63,175 nucleotides of DNA, filler included, from Lenisia limosa (GCA_001655205.1; 13 parts of 13 records of this genome joined end to end with filler, not necessarily neighbours in it), one strand, 5' to 3'; numbered from the whole stretch's first letter, positions 12,006-24,831 are shown. Program-made: numbers and translations. The notes: generated by a model not told the origin, from the letters alone.

Positions 12006-13583
12006 CTAAGTTGACTTCTTCTTCTTGTTCTTCTTCTGGTTCTTTGTTGTTCCCTTAAGGATCTCGCTAGTTGACTTGCCCGAACCTGGCGTCATGTGCT
12101 TGAAGTGACTTCCTCTCTTTTCCATTGCCTATGTGCATTAGTAACAGAACGGGCTTCCCTTTGGTCTGGAAAATAAAATGAAAAATCTATATCAAAAAAT
12201 ATATATAATTGAAAATTTATCAACAGGCAAGGCAACGACCACCGTGAACAACTCCGGATAAATTCTCGTGCTATCTCTCATCATCACAACGACTCGAATA
12301 TGTATATGTATATGTATCTAAAAATGACCTGATGATTCTGGGTTATCCAGAACTTCACAAATGAGAAGGCTGTGTATAAGTTCATATAATGTTGATTACC
12401 AGCATTTTACCCGGGGGGAGCCTTCAAAAAGTGCCATTTTACCCCCTTCTCCCTCTGTTTTATAACTATCAATACCCCCACTTCTGTGACAATATAAATT
12501 TCCATTGTTGCTCTCTCTCTTTCCCCATATACTCCAGTTCGATTACCATTTTACCCTCCAAACACACATACACGCCTACAACCCCCCCCCCCCNNNNNNN
12601 NNNNNNNNNNNNNNNNNNNNNNNNNNNNNNNNNNNNNNNNNNNNNNNNNNNNNNNNNNNNNNNNNNNNNNNNNNNNNNNNNNNNNNNNNNNNNNNNNNNN
12701 NNNNNNNNNNNNNNNNNNNNNNNNNNAGAGAAATTCAGTCTTTTTTCGAACCAAAGTGAAGCCCATCTAGCAACCCACTGTTTTTGAGAGCTGGGCCTCA
12801 ATTGAGCGGGTAATGGAACCAGTCAGTTTCTAATAAGGTGAAAGAGGGTGCGGGATAGGGGTATAGCATCTGGGGTTTCTTTAAATAGGATGAGGGTAAT
12901 CTGAGGTCATATAGTTCATATCACTAATGGGTATGGGAGAAAGTAGATAGCGAACAGCTTCAACTAAACCAATCAGTTTCTGAAGCGCTGTTGTTAAAGC
13001 GCGTGTCGGATTGGGGGGGGGGGGCAAAATTGGAAAATTTATGAAAAAAATATACCCAAATCAACTCTGTTGGCTGACAACACACGAGGGTTGATAACAA
13101 CAAAACAAATAAAGCTCAGGCTAGTCGCTTCTGCAGCACCACATCCCATCACTCCATCACTCCAGCGTGACAATCAATAGATTGTATCAAGTATCTTAGC
13201 GTCCAACAAGCAATGAAACCCCAAAACCACACCTACCTTTTGGATTTGTTGGTCTAAAGAGAGCTTTGATGACTTGATCTGAACTGGAGGGTGAGAGAAA
13301 GGGGTAGAACAGGATGGTTATCCTGAGCTTATCAAAGTTCATTTGTGCTTCAAAATGCTGGTAAAATATTGATGCCATGAATACATCAAGAATTCAGTTT
13401 TTTTGTTGGAAACCGAAATTGCATGGCCCTTCCCTTCAGCAATACAAAAAGACAAGAGAAATGGTCAGAAAGAGCGATTTTAAATAAGTACCCACGTTGT
13501 CCTTTCTTGAGCTGTTGCCTCTTAACTGGCTTCTTTTTCTTCTGTGGAGCGACAGGAGCCTTCCTTTGTTTGCCTTGTGCCAT
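12006..13583 (-). CDS. UPF0390 / C19orf53-like small basic protein
   Basis: MAQGKQRKAPVAPQKKKKPVKRQQLKKGQR ... KLTGSITRSIEAQLSKT ... KGTTKNQKKNKKKKST*. The MAQG start and KL..I...E motif are typical of this family. Confidence 0.65.
13014..13171 (-). repeat. Family B intron module (full length, sense to the UPF0390 gene)
   Basis: Minus strand gtcacgctggagtgatgg...gtgctgcagaagcgactagcctgagc...gtcagccaacagagttgatttggg...ttcataaattttccaattttg-C(n). Confidence 0.9.
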
Positions 13584-13852
13584 GATCTATTGCTCAATGA
13601 GAATATGCACTTTTCGAAAATTTGCCAATTAAATAAAGAGAACAAAATCAGTGAATGTTACTAAGAGGCTAAAGAGGATGAAAACGACATTTACCATTCA
13701 CTTACATGGGATTGGTTTTGATTAGAATTTTCTTTAAAAGCAGCAGAAATTATTACGCTGTTTCTTTTTTTGAGCCGTTCTTAACGCCCATAGTGTATCT
13801 GTTTACTTAGGATTTATTGATAAGAATTGTTGAAGAAAAGCGCTGACTCAAG

Positions 13853-15565
13853 ATGAAGTTGTTTCTCCTCTTTGCCCTTCTCTGGGCATTGGTGACCGGT
13901 GGGTTTGGAAAGAAAATTGAAAAATAATCATTATAGCAGCCAAGAAGTGTGAGTCTATTCCCTCCGTTGACTTTGGTGATATCAAGTGCGATACTGAGAG
14001 CCCTACCTCCGACGTCTCTTGTACTCTTTCGTGCGAAGGAGATTTCAAGGCACCCTCTGACCTTGGCAAGTTCTCTTGTGACGCAGCTACTGGAAAGTTC
14101 GATACCGACAAGATTGAGTGTAAACGTAGGCTATTCTGCTGAATGGCCTTCTCAATTATCTGTTCTCATGAATGCTTGAATTCTGAATTCGGTTTTACTT
14201 TTTTTTGTAAAGAGCTTTCTCCTGATCATATCTTTCCGAATCTGCATTTTTCATCCGGATTATCTTTGGGACATAAAATGGAGAATAACATACATCTTAG
14301 AGATATTAAAGAAAATCAATATATATCATATTCTGATATTATTTTTTGGTAAATACATTGCAAATGCTCCACCAACAGAGCTGACAATATTACCATTGCT
14401 TAAATCATACATTCCAATTTACCCATCATCCTAAACCCCCCCATCCCCTACAAATGATAAGATACGTACGATGCTGCATAAAAGACAAGCCTGGTTTGTT
14501 TGTTTTCTACCCTCGTGTGGTTTCGCCAACAGAGTTGATGGTGTGGTTTTATTAATTTTCAATTTCACCCTTCTCTGGTTAGTAACTGATACTTTTTATT
14601 TTCTCGGGGTTTTGTTTATCTCTTTTGTCTCCTAATTTTTTACCCCCCCCCCCACATACACGGTCGTGGGACTCTTCAAAAACTGGCTTGAACAAATGTG
14701 TTTGTGTTTGTGTGCTGCTCATATTATCTGTTTTGACTGGAGTTTCAGATTATTTTTTGTTGTTGTGGTTGTGGTTGTTGGTTCATGATTAGTACCTTTA
14801 TACCAAAAAAACACTCTTCTTCCAATTCCTTACCCCCCCCCCTCCCCTGCGCAGTTGAAGAGGAGGAGCTCAGTGATGCGCAGTTCTTCTTCCTGATGGG
14901 CTCGGCAGCCTTCGGGTTCATGGGCGTCATTTTCATGCGCTGCCTCAATAAGCGTTGTGATGTGGGGGGGGGGGGGNNNNNNNNNNNNNNNNNNNNNNNN
15001 NNNNNNNNNNNNNNNNNNNNNNNNNNNNNNNNNNNNNNNNNNNNNNNNNNNNNNNNNNNNNNNNNNNNNTTTTGTTAGTACACGTTTACATGAATTTTCC
15101 TGATAATGAAAATATACTATCATATGTATTATAAAACATACATATGATACTACGCTACATAATATTCTCCAAGTGGATTCAAGGGGATGATAAATTAACT
15201 CAACCATGAATCCTAATCACCTTTCAAATAGCCTGGAGCCCCAAGAGGATTTAATATGATCCGATATCTCATATCTTGTTGGCGGCTTTGGTCAGTTACA
15301 AACAATTTTTATTTCTTATCTCTACATACATTGATAATATACAAAGATCCTCACTTTGGATGCTTGTTGAACATTTAACCGCCGGATATTTATGAGCCTA
15401 GTTTCATTAAAGTGTAAAAAAAATGAAACACTGACGTTATAGCGTTTGGAGGCGGCTGAGGAAGCCAAGAAGAAGGGTGGTAACGTGGGAAACGTAAACG
15501 GCGGGCTCAAGGCTCAGGACAGCAAAGCCAGCTTGTTGCCCGCCAAAGAGAACAAACCCAAGGAG
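13853..15565 (+). CDS. Type I membrane protein with a Sushi/CCP-like Cys domain, 3' incomplete
   Basis: MKLFLLFALLWALVT signal; exon KCESIPSVDFGDIKCDTESPTSDVSCTLSCEGDFKAP..FSCDAATGKFDTDKIEC; TM segment AQFFFLMGSAAFGFMGVIFMRCL; basic cytoplasmic tail. Confidence 0.6.
14490..14570 (+). repeat. Family B intron module, diverged
   Basis: ccctcgtgtggtttcgccaacagagttgat...ttttcaatttcaccc. Confidence 0.65.
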
Positions 15566-16084
15566 GTAAGGCTTGGCATTATGTGGTAGCTGGGCGGCTT
15601 GTTGTGCAATTGTCAATGATGAGATAAGAGGTTGCATTTTCACCGAGTTCTTTGTTTACTTTAAATAATAATCCAAGATCTCTTGTGATGGTGTGGACGG
15701 CTTCNNNNNNNNNNNNNNNNNNNNNNNNNNNNNNNNNNNNNNNNNNNNTTAATTAATTAANNNNNNNNNNNNNNNNNNNNNNNNNNNNNNNNNNNNNNNN
15801 NNNNTTTTCAAAAAGCGTTCGCGGTTATGTGAGTGTTCGCGGTTGTGTTAAGTGACCTATATATGTGTGTGTGTGTGTGTGTACTATGACCATATGATAT
15901 CCAGGAAATAAGACCGTATAGGATACCAACCCTTATTCAGGTACATAACGATTCAGAAGCTAATAAAACATAAAACAAAATTGTACAGCATTAGGTATTA
16001 ACCCCTATTAAGGGGAGGAGACACTACATATAATTACATACTCCTATATGATATATCGATATACGTTACTAACCTATATTCAGG

Positions 16085-16805
16085 TGAAGACCGCACGACA
16101 GCAGTTAATCAGCTTGTGAGAGCAGCTTCTGGTGGGGGGGACTTTTGGCTGGGAATATGGGCAGAGGATCACGATGATATACAAGATGGTGGACAAAGGA
16201 GCGAGGAAGGGAGCTCTGAAGTGAGAAAAATGGAAAATCAAACCAACTCTCATTTTTGTCTGGTTCTTGCACTGAATGTTTACATCCTGTCTTGAATATT
16301 CATGCTATCTGAACATCTATCTGGGATATTTTGCCCGTGTGATAATGACCCAAAAGTTACATTATACTGGACACATCTATGGCCGAAGGAAATCTACTGC
16401 ATGATCCAAAACAAAATCCATGGAATAACCAATTATAAATTAATATCTGGGTGATGTTATTATGAGCAACTCAATTTATTTCACATTGCTTGCCTCATTT
16501 TATCTTCGTTTGAGTTTTATGTTTATAACATATAACAATACAAGGAAAAGGAACTCTTTTTTGTAACATTATCTGACTCTAACCCATATTCAGTCTACTA
16601 TGTTTCAGCAGAAAAAAACGATCAATCAGAGGAGGTACTAAAACTGATGCCCCTCGAGTGTGCTTCTCAAAACAACAGCCCCCCTTCACCATGCGGCCAA
16701 ATTCCCCCTACAAACCAGGAGGAAACTAGTCATGACGCTACCAGCCAGGACCAAACTGACCTAGATGCAACCTATGGCAGTGATGTAGATATGCAGAAGC
16801 TGTAA
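16085..16805 (+). CDS. 3' exons of an unidentified gene
   Basis: Last exon AEKNDQSEEVLKLMPLEC...TYGSDVDMQKL* follows an AG acceptor; no recognisable domain. Confidence 0.3.
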
Positions 16806-18727
16806 GCTGGTAGAATGAAGGATTTATACTGTCGGTCGGTTTTATTGTGAATATCTTGCTTTCTGAATAAATGTCAACACCTTTGCTTTTAGAGTTGTTA
16901 ATTCCGTTTGAAATGACATAACTGAGCAGGGGGCTCTATTCCCGATACCTTATATTGCTGATTCTGCCACAATCTCTTAACCCTTTTTGATTTTTCATAA
17001 TAGTCCTGATGGTGATTCAAGATAGTGATTTATTCAAGATTATGATTAATTCATGATAGTGAATAAATCATGACAGTTATTTTTTCATTATAGTAATTAA
17101 TTCATATTAAGATATTATTCATTCCTGATAGTAATTAATTCTCTTTTCAGAATTGGCAAATGGAATATCGTGGTTTCCGCGATTGGAAGCGTTCAGCCCG
17201 AAAATAACGCAATTGAGCTTCATGGGGTGGGGAGGAGTGAAAGATTTGGTTCATTGGGGAGGTAAGGGGGGAGATTGTGTTGCTCCATTTTCGACAAAAT
17301 CAACCTCGTGCTTGAGACAGTGGCTTTCTAAACTCCTTGATAAACAAATATCTTCCTATTAATCATCAACTCCTCCCTTCACCAGTCACATCTTCCTCCA
17401 TAAGAGCCTCCCAACTCTCATCGTCCCCTATCCTTACCATCTCTCTGAACAAACACCCTGTAGAATAGATTTATAATAATAATACACTATTGTTTGCCGC
17501 AGTAGCAATACCCCACACTTTACCATTTCACATTTTCCTTTCACGACCTTCATCTACCCTTCATCTTTCACGACCTTCATCTTTCATTACCTAATCTTCC
17601 ATTATTATTCATATTTCATCTTTCATTACCTTCTTCTTCCATTAGCTGCATCTTTTATTTCACCATTCCACAGCTTGTTTCCCTGGTTTCCTTTGCTGCC
17701 AATATTAAGAAGCTTCGACTGGTTTTATATGGTTTGCCACGTGGTCCTTCCCAAATTAAGTATCGATATGTAATATCATTTTTAAAACTTAATATTCAGC
17801 TGTTGTCTTATTTGNNNNNNNNNNNNNNNNNNNNNNNNNNNNNNNNNNNNNNNNNNNNNNNNNNNNNNNNNNNNNNNNNNNNNNNNNNNNNNNNNNNNNN
17901 NNNNNNNNNNNNNNNNNNNNNNNNNNNNNNNCATTCCTATTGCAGTATTTTGCTACTTTTTCCACTCTTACCCTAATACCAGGGTTATCATGTACCTATT
18001 CCAAATATTTCATTATTCATTCCTATTTTCATCGCTATGGTACAATTGTCGTGCTATGAATTCAAACTCACACCGAATTCATTCCACCAGCACGATGGAC
18101 TGTTATTTATTCCACATTCACCATCCAGATAGTGGAATCCTTGAGGTACTTGAGGAAGTTGTCAGAGGGTCGTCGTTCATACCTGCAACAGCCGTGAATT
18201 TAATCGCAACTCTCTCTTGCTTGTCGCTTTTCACCAAAGCTAAACAGGTAAATAGCTGGTACTTTGCCTCACATTTGTCGCACTCGTATTGTTGCTTCGT
18301 ATTTGCCTCATTTTTGCAGACTATTACTTTTTTTGAAGCAAGTTGTCTGTTATTCCCTATTTTCTGTTTTCAATTTACTGTTAGTTATATAACTGCATAA
18401 CCTTCTAAGGTTTGTGTGTTACAAAACTAAAACGTAAGTATGTATACATACAGTACATATTATACACAAACACTTTTACCTGGGTGTGAATTGAGTTGAC
18501 GTAGTCAACTCAATTCAGGAAGAGCTTGGTGTTGACCCATTGTGACAACAAATTATGGTTCTATGGTCAAGCAAAAAAAAAATGTCAATTATTGACCAGA
18601 TGTTGCAATATTCTCCTGACTGCTCTGTAGCGTATTGCTGGTTCCCCAGCGTTTCTTTCCTTCCTCATCGCCATCATCTCATTTGGAGTATGGGGGATAT
18701 TTGGTTGTATGCAAGGTGGGAAGGTAT

Positions 18728-18821
18728 GAGCTTCACTTTCGGTTCCAAAAGACTGATAAAATATCGATATTTATCGAAGATTTATCGAGGATTCAGTTTT
18801 TTGGAACCGAAAGTGCAGCTC
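18728..18821. mobile_element. Family A MITE
   Basis: gagcttcactttcggttccaaaa...ttggaaccgaaagtgcagctc-TA. Confidence 0.8.
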
Positions 18822-18985
18822 TAGTGTAGATAATATTGTACTAGTTGGTATGATTAGGACTTCCCTATGGTCTGAAAAAGACCGTTTAAATACCACGGGA
18901 ACCCCTAGAATAATATACATGTATGATATTGCATGAATTAACGGTAAATAGGGAGGGTGGTATTTGGATTATGGGAGGGGGGAAA

Positions 18986-19043
18986 GGCTTCACTTTGGTT
19001 CAGAAAAATATCGATAGTTTTCGAAGATTTACCGAAGTGAAAC
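18986..19043. mobile_element. Family A MITE, deleted copy
   Basis: ggcttcactttggttc...tcgatagttttcgaagatttaccgaagtgaaac. Confidence 0.65.
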
Positions 19044-19085
19044 GGTAATGGGGAGTTATCGATTTTTTTGCAACCATAACATACA

Positions 19086-19222
19086 CTGGAGTGATGGGAT
19101 GCGGTGCTGTAGAAGCGACTGGCCTGGACTTTGTTTGTTTTGTTGTTCCTCGTGTGTTGTTGTCAGCCAACAGAGTTGATTTTGGGCTTTATCATAAATT
19201 TTCCAATTTTACTCTACCACAG
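19086..19222 (+). repeat. Family B intron module ending at the acceptor AG
   Basis: ctggagtgatgggatgcggtgctgtagaagcgactggcc...ataaattttccaattttactctaccacAG|attgcc. Confidence 0.9.
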
Positions 19223-21284
19223 ATTGCCACCAGCATTACGAACTTGGTTGCTGATTCAGTGCGCGAAGCAGCGTTCCTGCTTTCGGATTACGCGGTTCAA
19301 TTCCCCACTACTGCCACTGCTCTTCGATCCGTTGATTTACCCAGGTCTGTGCAATACCCTTTGTATTATTCAGGAGATGATGTACCTTCCCTTGCTGTTT
19401 TTATTAATATTAATAATTTTAGAATTATTAGAATTATTAGAATTATAAAATTTTCTTATGTTGTTGCTTTAACAACCATGTTTTCCGAAACATGCAAATA
19501 TATCTTGCCAAACCCATGAATGGATACAGTCTCAAAATAGCTTTTTATTTCATTGTCACAAGGTCCTTTATTCCAAAAGATCCTGAATCTCTAGATTAAT
19601 CCTTGATAAATCCCCGATAAATCCTCGATAATGGATAAGTGTCGATAGTTTGCCCCTCTTTTTCGGACCATTACCTTATTATCACTGGAGGAAGCGTTCC
19701 AATACAAAGGAGAAAGGCTCTATTCACTCTCCAGGTCGACTCTTGCTGCAATGGCATCCTGTTTCGACCGGGATGGTAGGGGGGTTTTCATATGACGTTA
19801 CACTGTCAAGGTACATATCATACTATTTTCCAATGTCTCTTCTAAGCATGATGGTGTGGACGGTTTCGGCCAGATACAACCTTATTTTTTTGACTTTTCA
19901 TTGCTACATTTCCTAAAACCCAACCCCNNNNNNNNNNNNNNNNNNNNNNNNNNNAACCCCATCTAGTACATGAAAATCCCCATAACTGGCCATTTTAGAT
20001 GTCTTGCAGCCATGCGCACGGCTTTTATCCATTTTACTTCGAGACGCTTCCCTTGTCCTTGAATTCTGTTGGAGGGGAGAGGTTATATTAGTGAATTGTT
20101 GGACGCTTGTCAATTTAATTCTCCCAAATCGCATTTAGTACATTATTTCACCCCTTTACCTTCTCACTCCTGTAGGCCAGGAAGGCGGAGCCTCAGTGAT
20201 CGCTGACTTATGCGCTAATCCCAAGGGGCATTTAAGGCCAGTGGGATGGGGCATTTAAGGCCAGTGGGCTGGGGCATTTAAGGCCAGTGGGCTGGGGAAG
20301 GGCTTCACTTCAGGTTGAAAAGAGTGGGGGAGTAAAATGTGTTCTCTAATCAACGTTATAATTTGGGCTACTTGCAATTAATTGAAAATATCATTGCCAA
20401 GTTTGAAGTGCGACATGTAATGTCAATTTGACACTAATATCAATTAATTTCTTCAAAATAATTATTTGCACAGAGCCCTAGTTATAATCCCTTTAAACCA
20501 TCGCATTTTCATCCACCCTTCAAGATCGGTACCCTTACGCCAATATTATTCATCGAAATTTCTTTGACCCCCCTCCTCCAAGATCCTTTATAACCTCCAT
20601 TACCAACTTTTTGATGGGTGGGCGGTGCTGNNNNNNNNNNNNNNNNNNNNNNNNNNNNNNNNNNNNNNNNNNNNNNNNNNNNNNNNNNNNNNNNNNNNNN
20701 NNNNCATCTCCTGGGCCAGCTGCTGCCAACTATGACCGAAGAAGCCGACGTAGAGGCGGCTAGGTAGTGAGGGTAATAGCTAGGGCTTCACTTTAGGTTC
20801 CATAAGACTGGTAATTTATTGAAGTTATCGAGGATTAATCGAGATTTTGGTCTTTTTTGGACCGAAACTGAAGCTCTAGTAATAGTATTTGGGTTGAGGA
20901 AGGGGATATCGCGGAGAGGTGTGCTAGATATGTAGTATTTGGAGGATGGCATCTACAAAATATGTTGCATTTGGAACGAGGGATGGCATTTACCAAATAT
21001 CTAGCATTTGGAGCGAGGGTAAGGCAAATGATTGAGTGAATTAATGTACTATAATTCAATATCTCTTATAATCATGGTGGTGTGCTTCGGCCAGATACAA
21101 TCTTGTTTTTTTATTTCTCATACACTATATCATATACTGTAGGTGCCAAACATTTCAGACTATTACCTAATTTCTTTTTTTATAGCTCTTTTTTCACTCC
21201 CCTTTTAGGAAAGTTTGTGACCAAATTATCGTCGAAATTGATGAGCGCTCGCACCGGTATGCAAGCCATTTGTTATCCTTCCTC

Positions 21285-21333
<49 letters not shown>

Positions 21334-22530
21334 CTCTCGTTCTTCGCTCTCTCATTCGCACACAGACGTTGATAGTTTACCGGTCTTTTTCGGACCATGG
21401 GAAGCCCCAATCATATCACCACATTATCAGGGTCAAAACTTTTCCCGGTCACTGTATATCATATAACAAATCGGTCAAGACTTTACCCGGTCAAAGTGTC
21501 AATTGAGGTCTTTACTGGAGCGGAGAACCGCACTCACTTTCAACCCCCTTACCGCTTCCCCCTCAGACCTGAGACCCAACTTTCTTATTTGAGTTTCCTT
21601 GTCAATGCACCCGGCAATCCATTGTTCTTCCAAAAATTCAATGTGAGGGGTTTGAAAATTTATATTGTTCATTTATTTCACACACACACCCACCCTTCCA
21701 ATGTACTATGTGGTACTACGGCGCATGGACTTGGGATTCCCTTATATTATTATATGGGAAGCCTGTTCGTTCAATCATTCAATGAAAGAGGATGTATAAT
21801 GCCAATCATATATTCACACACATTTGTTGTACCCCCCCCCCCTTTGTTTCNNNNNNNNNNNNNNNNNNNNNNNNNNNNNNNNNNNNNNNNNNNNNNNNNN
21901 NNNNNNNNNNNNNNNNNNNNNNNNNNNNNNNNNNNNNNNNNNNNNNNNNNNNNNNNNNNNNNNNNNNNNNNNNNCAATTTTATCCCCCCTTCCCCCCGTT
22001 CTATTTTCACTTATTCCCCAGGTCGAATCAATATCTGAAGCTATCTCCAACTTCCTCTCAAATGAAAAACAGTTCTTAAGAAATTCCGCTTTTTTGGTGG
22101 GCGCCTGTTGAACTAATATTCTAGCACTGCGGGTAAAATCGATTATGGCTTTTTTTTGTTTCAATAATTGTATTTTACCTCCCCCACCATACTTCTAGGG
22201 CTTCACTTTTGTTCGAATTAAGACTGAGTTTCTCGATAATCCTCGAAAACTATCGATATTTTACCAGTTTTTTTCGAACCGAAGTGAAGCCCTGCATTGT
22301 TTTTCAATTTTACTCTCACAGGCCATCCACATCATTGTCTATTGTAACCTCCCCCACCCCCAATCTCTGTATTTTTGCATTACTGTCCCAGGCCTTACAC
22401 AACATCGTGGTCAGTTCAGCGGAAACGTCCGCGAATGACGGGGGACAGGCCCTAGCTATGACCATCACCATGGCTGCCGCGAGGGAGCTAGCTACACTAC
22501 AGGGGGCTGAGCAGGATATTGTAACGGTGA
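19223..22530 (+). CDS. Unidentified multi-exon, helical-looking protein (fragmentary)
   Basis: Exons IATSITNLVADSVREAAFLLSDYAVQFP, LSILLRDASLVLEFCWRGE, HLLGQLLPTMTEEADVEAAR and ALHNIVVSSAETSAND..AARELATL with GT-AG borders; may extend upstream to about 17.9 kb. Confidence 0.4.
20222..20298 (+). repeat. Tandem repeat, ~23-bp unit x3
   Basis: (ggggcatttaaggccagtggg(a/c)t) x3. Confidence 0.9.
20783..20876. mobile_element. Family A MITE
   Basis: TA-gggcttcacttt...gaaactgaagctc-TA. Confidence 0.8.
21012..21120 (+). repeat. Family C module (shorter copies at 15676-15706, 19838-19895, 25858-25918)
   Basis: aaatgattgagtgaattaat...atctcttataa...cttcggccagatacaatcttgttttttatttctca. Confidence 0.8.
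22198..22292. mobile_element. Family A MITE
   Basis: TA-gggcttcacttttgttcgaa...ttcgaaccgaagtgaagccc. Confidence 0.85.
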
Positions 22531-22787
22531 GAGGGGGCGATATATTGAGAAGGTGCTGTATTGGGGTAATATGTTTGTTTTTTTTTTACCATTCCTTCAA
22601 GCTAATTATATTCATAGGATATATATATATATCTGTAGAGTCCAGAAATGTGATATTTTTTGGAAATGTGATATTTTTTCGAAAAANNNNNNNNNNNNNN
22701 NNNNNNNNNNNNNNNNNNNNNNNNNNNNNNTTAATTAATTAANNNNNNNNNNNNNNNNNNNNNNNNNNNNNNNNNNNNNNNNNNNNT

Positions 22788-24831
22788 TGGTGCGCAATCG
22801 CCACGTTACTGCCCACACTACTGATAAAAACTTGACCCTTCTGTATAAGGTATGCTGTGTGCACAGAGTTGTAAGGGAAATGATTGGGTGAATTAATATT
22901 ATACTATAATTCAGTACCTCTTGTAAGCGTGATGGTGTGGACGGCTTCAGTCAGCAAGTTCTTATTATTTCTAATTCAATTCTCATCACTATAAACCCTT
23001 TTTGCAATAGCTGGGGGAAGGTGAAAATCACCCCTTACAAAATGTACAATTCTCCAATTCTTATATATTTCGTATGCAATTCTTATATAATTCGTATGCA
23101 ATTCTTATATAATTCGTATGCAATTCTTATGTAATTCTTATGAACTAGGTGGAGGACGGACGTTGTGACCGTTCATTTGGAATACATGTTGCCGAGCTGG
23201 CTGAATTCCCCCCCTCAGTGGTGGTGGCAGCCAAACGCAAAGCGGCTGTTTTGGAGGTGTGGAATCGGCGAGTCTTTATCAGGGCTCCGTGCAATTTATT
23301 GAAAATTAATGTCACCATTTGAAGTGAACTATATTGTTACTGGAACCCCATTTTAGACACATTAATTTTAAATTCTGTCAATTGTGTTCTTCAAAAATTG
23401 ATTGCACGCAGGCGTAATTTTTATGATCTTGGTTTCAATGCATACTTTACTCTAAAAATATATACAGTGGTTCTTGGTCGCAGAGGGTTGGAAACTACCA
23501 TAGCAAACAAGTTTGACGAATGAAAATTGGGAATATCTTTAGGCCAATATTCTTCATTAAAACTGCCTTCATTTTACCCCCCCCCCCCNNNNNNNNNNNN
23601 NNNNNNNNNNNNNNNNNNNNNNNNNNNNNNNNNNNNNNNNNNNNNNNNNNNNNNNNNNNNNNNNNNNNNNNNNNNNNNNNNNNNNNNNNNNNNNNNNTGA
23701 CAGAGGAGGAGGAAAAAGGTTGGCCAGGGCTGTATGGTGCTTTATTGGTAAGAAAAAGAAAGATACAATATTGATAGTTTTCGAGGATTTATCGAGAAAT
23801 TCACTCTTTTTTCGAACTGTTGAAGCCCCAGCTGTATGTGCAGGGGTGGGGAGGCACGCAGAAAGCTGTGTGCACAGAGTCGTAAGGCAGATGATTGGGT
23901 GAATTAATATATTACTATAATCCAATCAATATCTCTTCTAAGCGTGAGTGTGGACGGCTTCGGCCAGATACATCTTTATTTTTTATTTCCCATTGCTATA
24001 TATTTTTATTATTAGTATTAGTATTAGTATTTGCTCATGATTGCCTGGGCTAAGTGAGAGAGCGTGAGAGAGCGGGGGTAACATATGTACATGTTGCAAA
24101 TGTAATATATTTCGAATCCCGCAATCCCATCTCTATCACCCCTATCACTTCCTTCACCCTGTCACCCTTATGATACAGAGAACTCAGAAAATGTTTTTTT
24201 TTTTCTTCTTGTTTATTTCCCCCCTGTCCCTAGACAGCTAAAAGCGTAGGACGTCGAATTGCAGACGAGTTTGTGACACAGGTGCTCGGCTTGGTTCACG
24301 ATAACGTGGACGCTACTACTGCCCAGGAGAAGGTGGGCTCAATACTTGTATTTGAAAGAAGAAATTCTTTTGTGTTGATGAGATAGTTGACCCATTTTGC
24401 TCACAAGTTGTGTATGTTTAAGCCAGGGGTATTATTTTTCAATTTGGTGCAATGAAATACTTGTAGTTGAAAGAAGAAACTTTTTTGTGCTCAAAAGAGG
24501 GGTGTGGGTTCTGCACATTTCGAGCAACCATGCTCCCCTCCCCTCCATGTTTTATAATGTCATATTTCCGATTTATAATGTCTCTCAAATTTGTTTTTTT
24601 TTTATCAATGTTTCATTATCTTCAACCCCTCTGTTGCGTCAACNNNNNNNNNNNNNNNNNNNNNNNNNNNNNNNNNNNNNNNNNNNNNNNNNNNNNNNNN
24701 NNNNNNNNNNNNNNNNNNNNNNNNNNNNNNNNNNNNNNNNNNNNNNNNNNNNNNNNNNNNNNNNNNNNNNNNNNNNNNNNNNNNNNNNNNNNNNNNNNNN
24801 NNNNNNNNNNNNNNNTTTGCTAGAGGAGTAA
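22788..24831 (+). CDS. MSH2: DNA mismatch repair protein MSH2, C-terminal part
   Basis: [21 protein letters not shown] / [36 protein letters not shown] / [12 protein letters not shown] matches the MSH2 motif NLHVTA...[24 protein letters not shown]. Confidence 0.88.
22850..22950 (+). repeat. Family C module starting at the donor GT of an MSH2 intron
   Basis: aag|GTatgctgtgtgcacagagttgtaagggaaatgattgggtgaattaat...ctcttgtaagcgtgatggtgtggacggcttc. Confidence 0.88.
23055..23140 (+). repeat. Tandem repeat, ~22-bp unit
   Basis: (tcgtatgcaattcttatataat) x3-4 in an MSH2 intron. Confidence 0.85.
23833..23998 (+). repeat. Family C module (full length) in an MSH2 intron
   Basis: ggggaggcacgcagaaagctgtgtgcacagag...gtggacggcttcggccagatac...tttatttcccattgcta. 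Confidence 0.9.

Noticed and set aside
17150-18250. Coding-looking segments on both strands
   Set aside because: Neither strand nor product could be resolved with confidence, so no feature was called.
19091-19519. ORFs beginning MGCGAAEATGL / MMGCGAVEATGL (also 268-639) as a small paralogous protein family
   Set aside because: They are translations of the intronic B repeat running into unrelated exons; the frame is not conserved among B copies.
23833-23998. Families B/C as box C/D snoRNAs or tRNA-derived SINEs
   Set aside because: TGATG-like boxes are present, but I found no consistent CTGA box D with a terminal stem, no Pol III A/B boxes and no poly-A tail with variable TSD. An Rfam search would be needed to exclude this fully.
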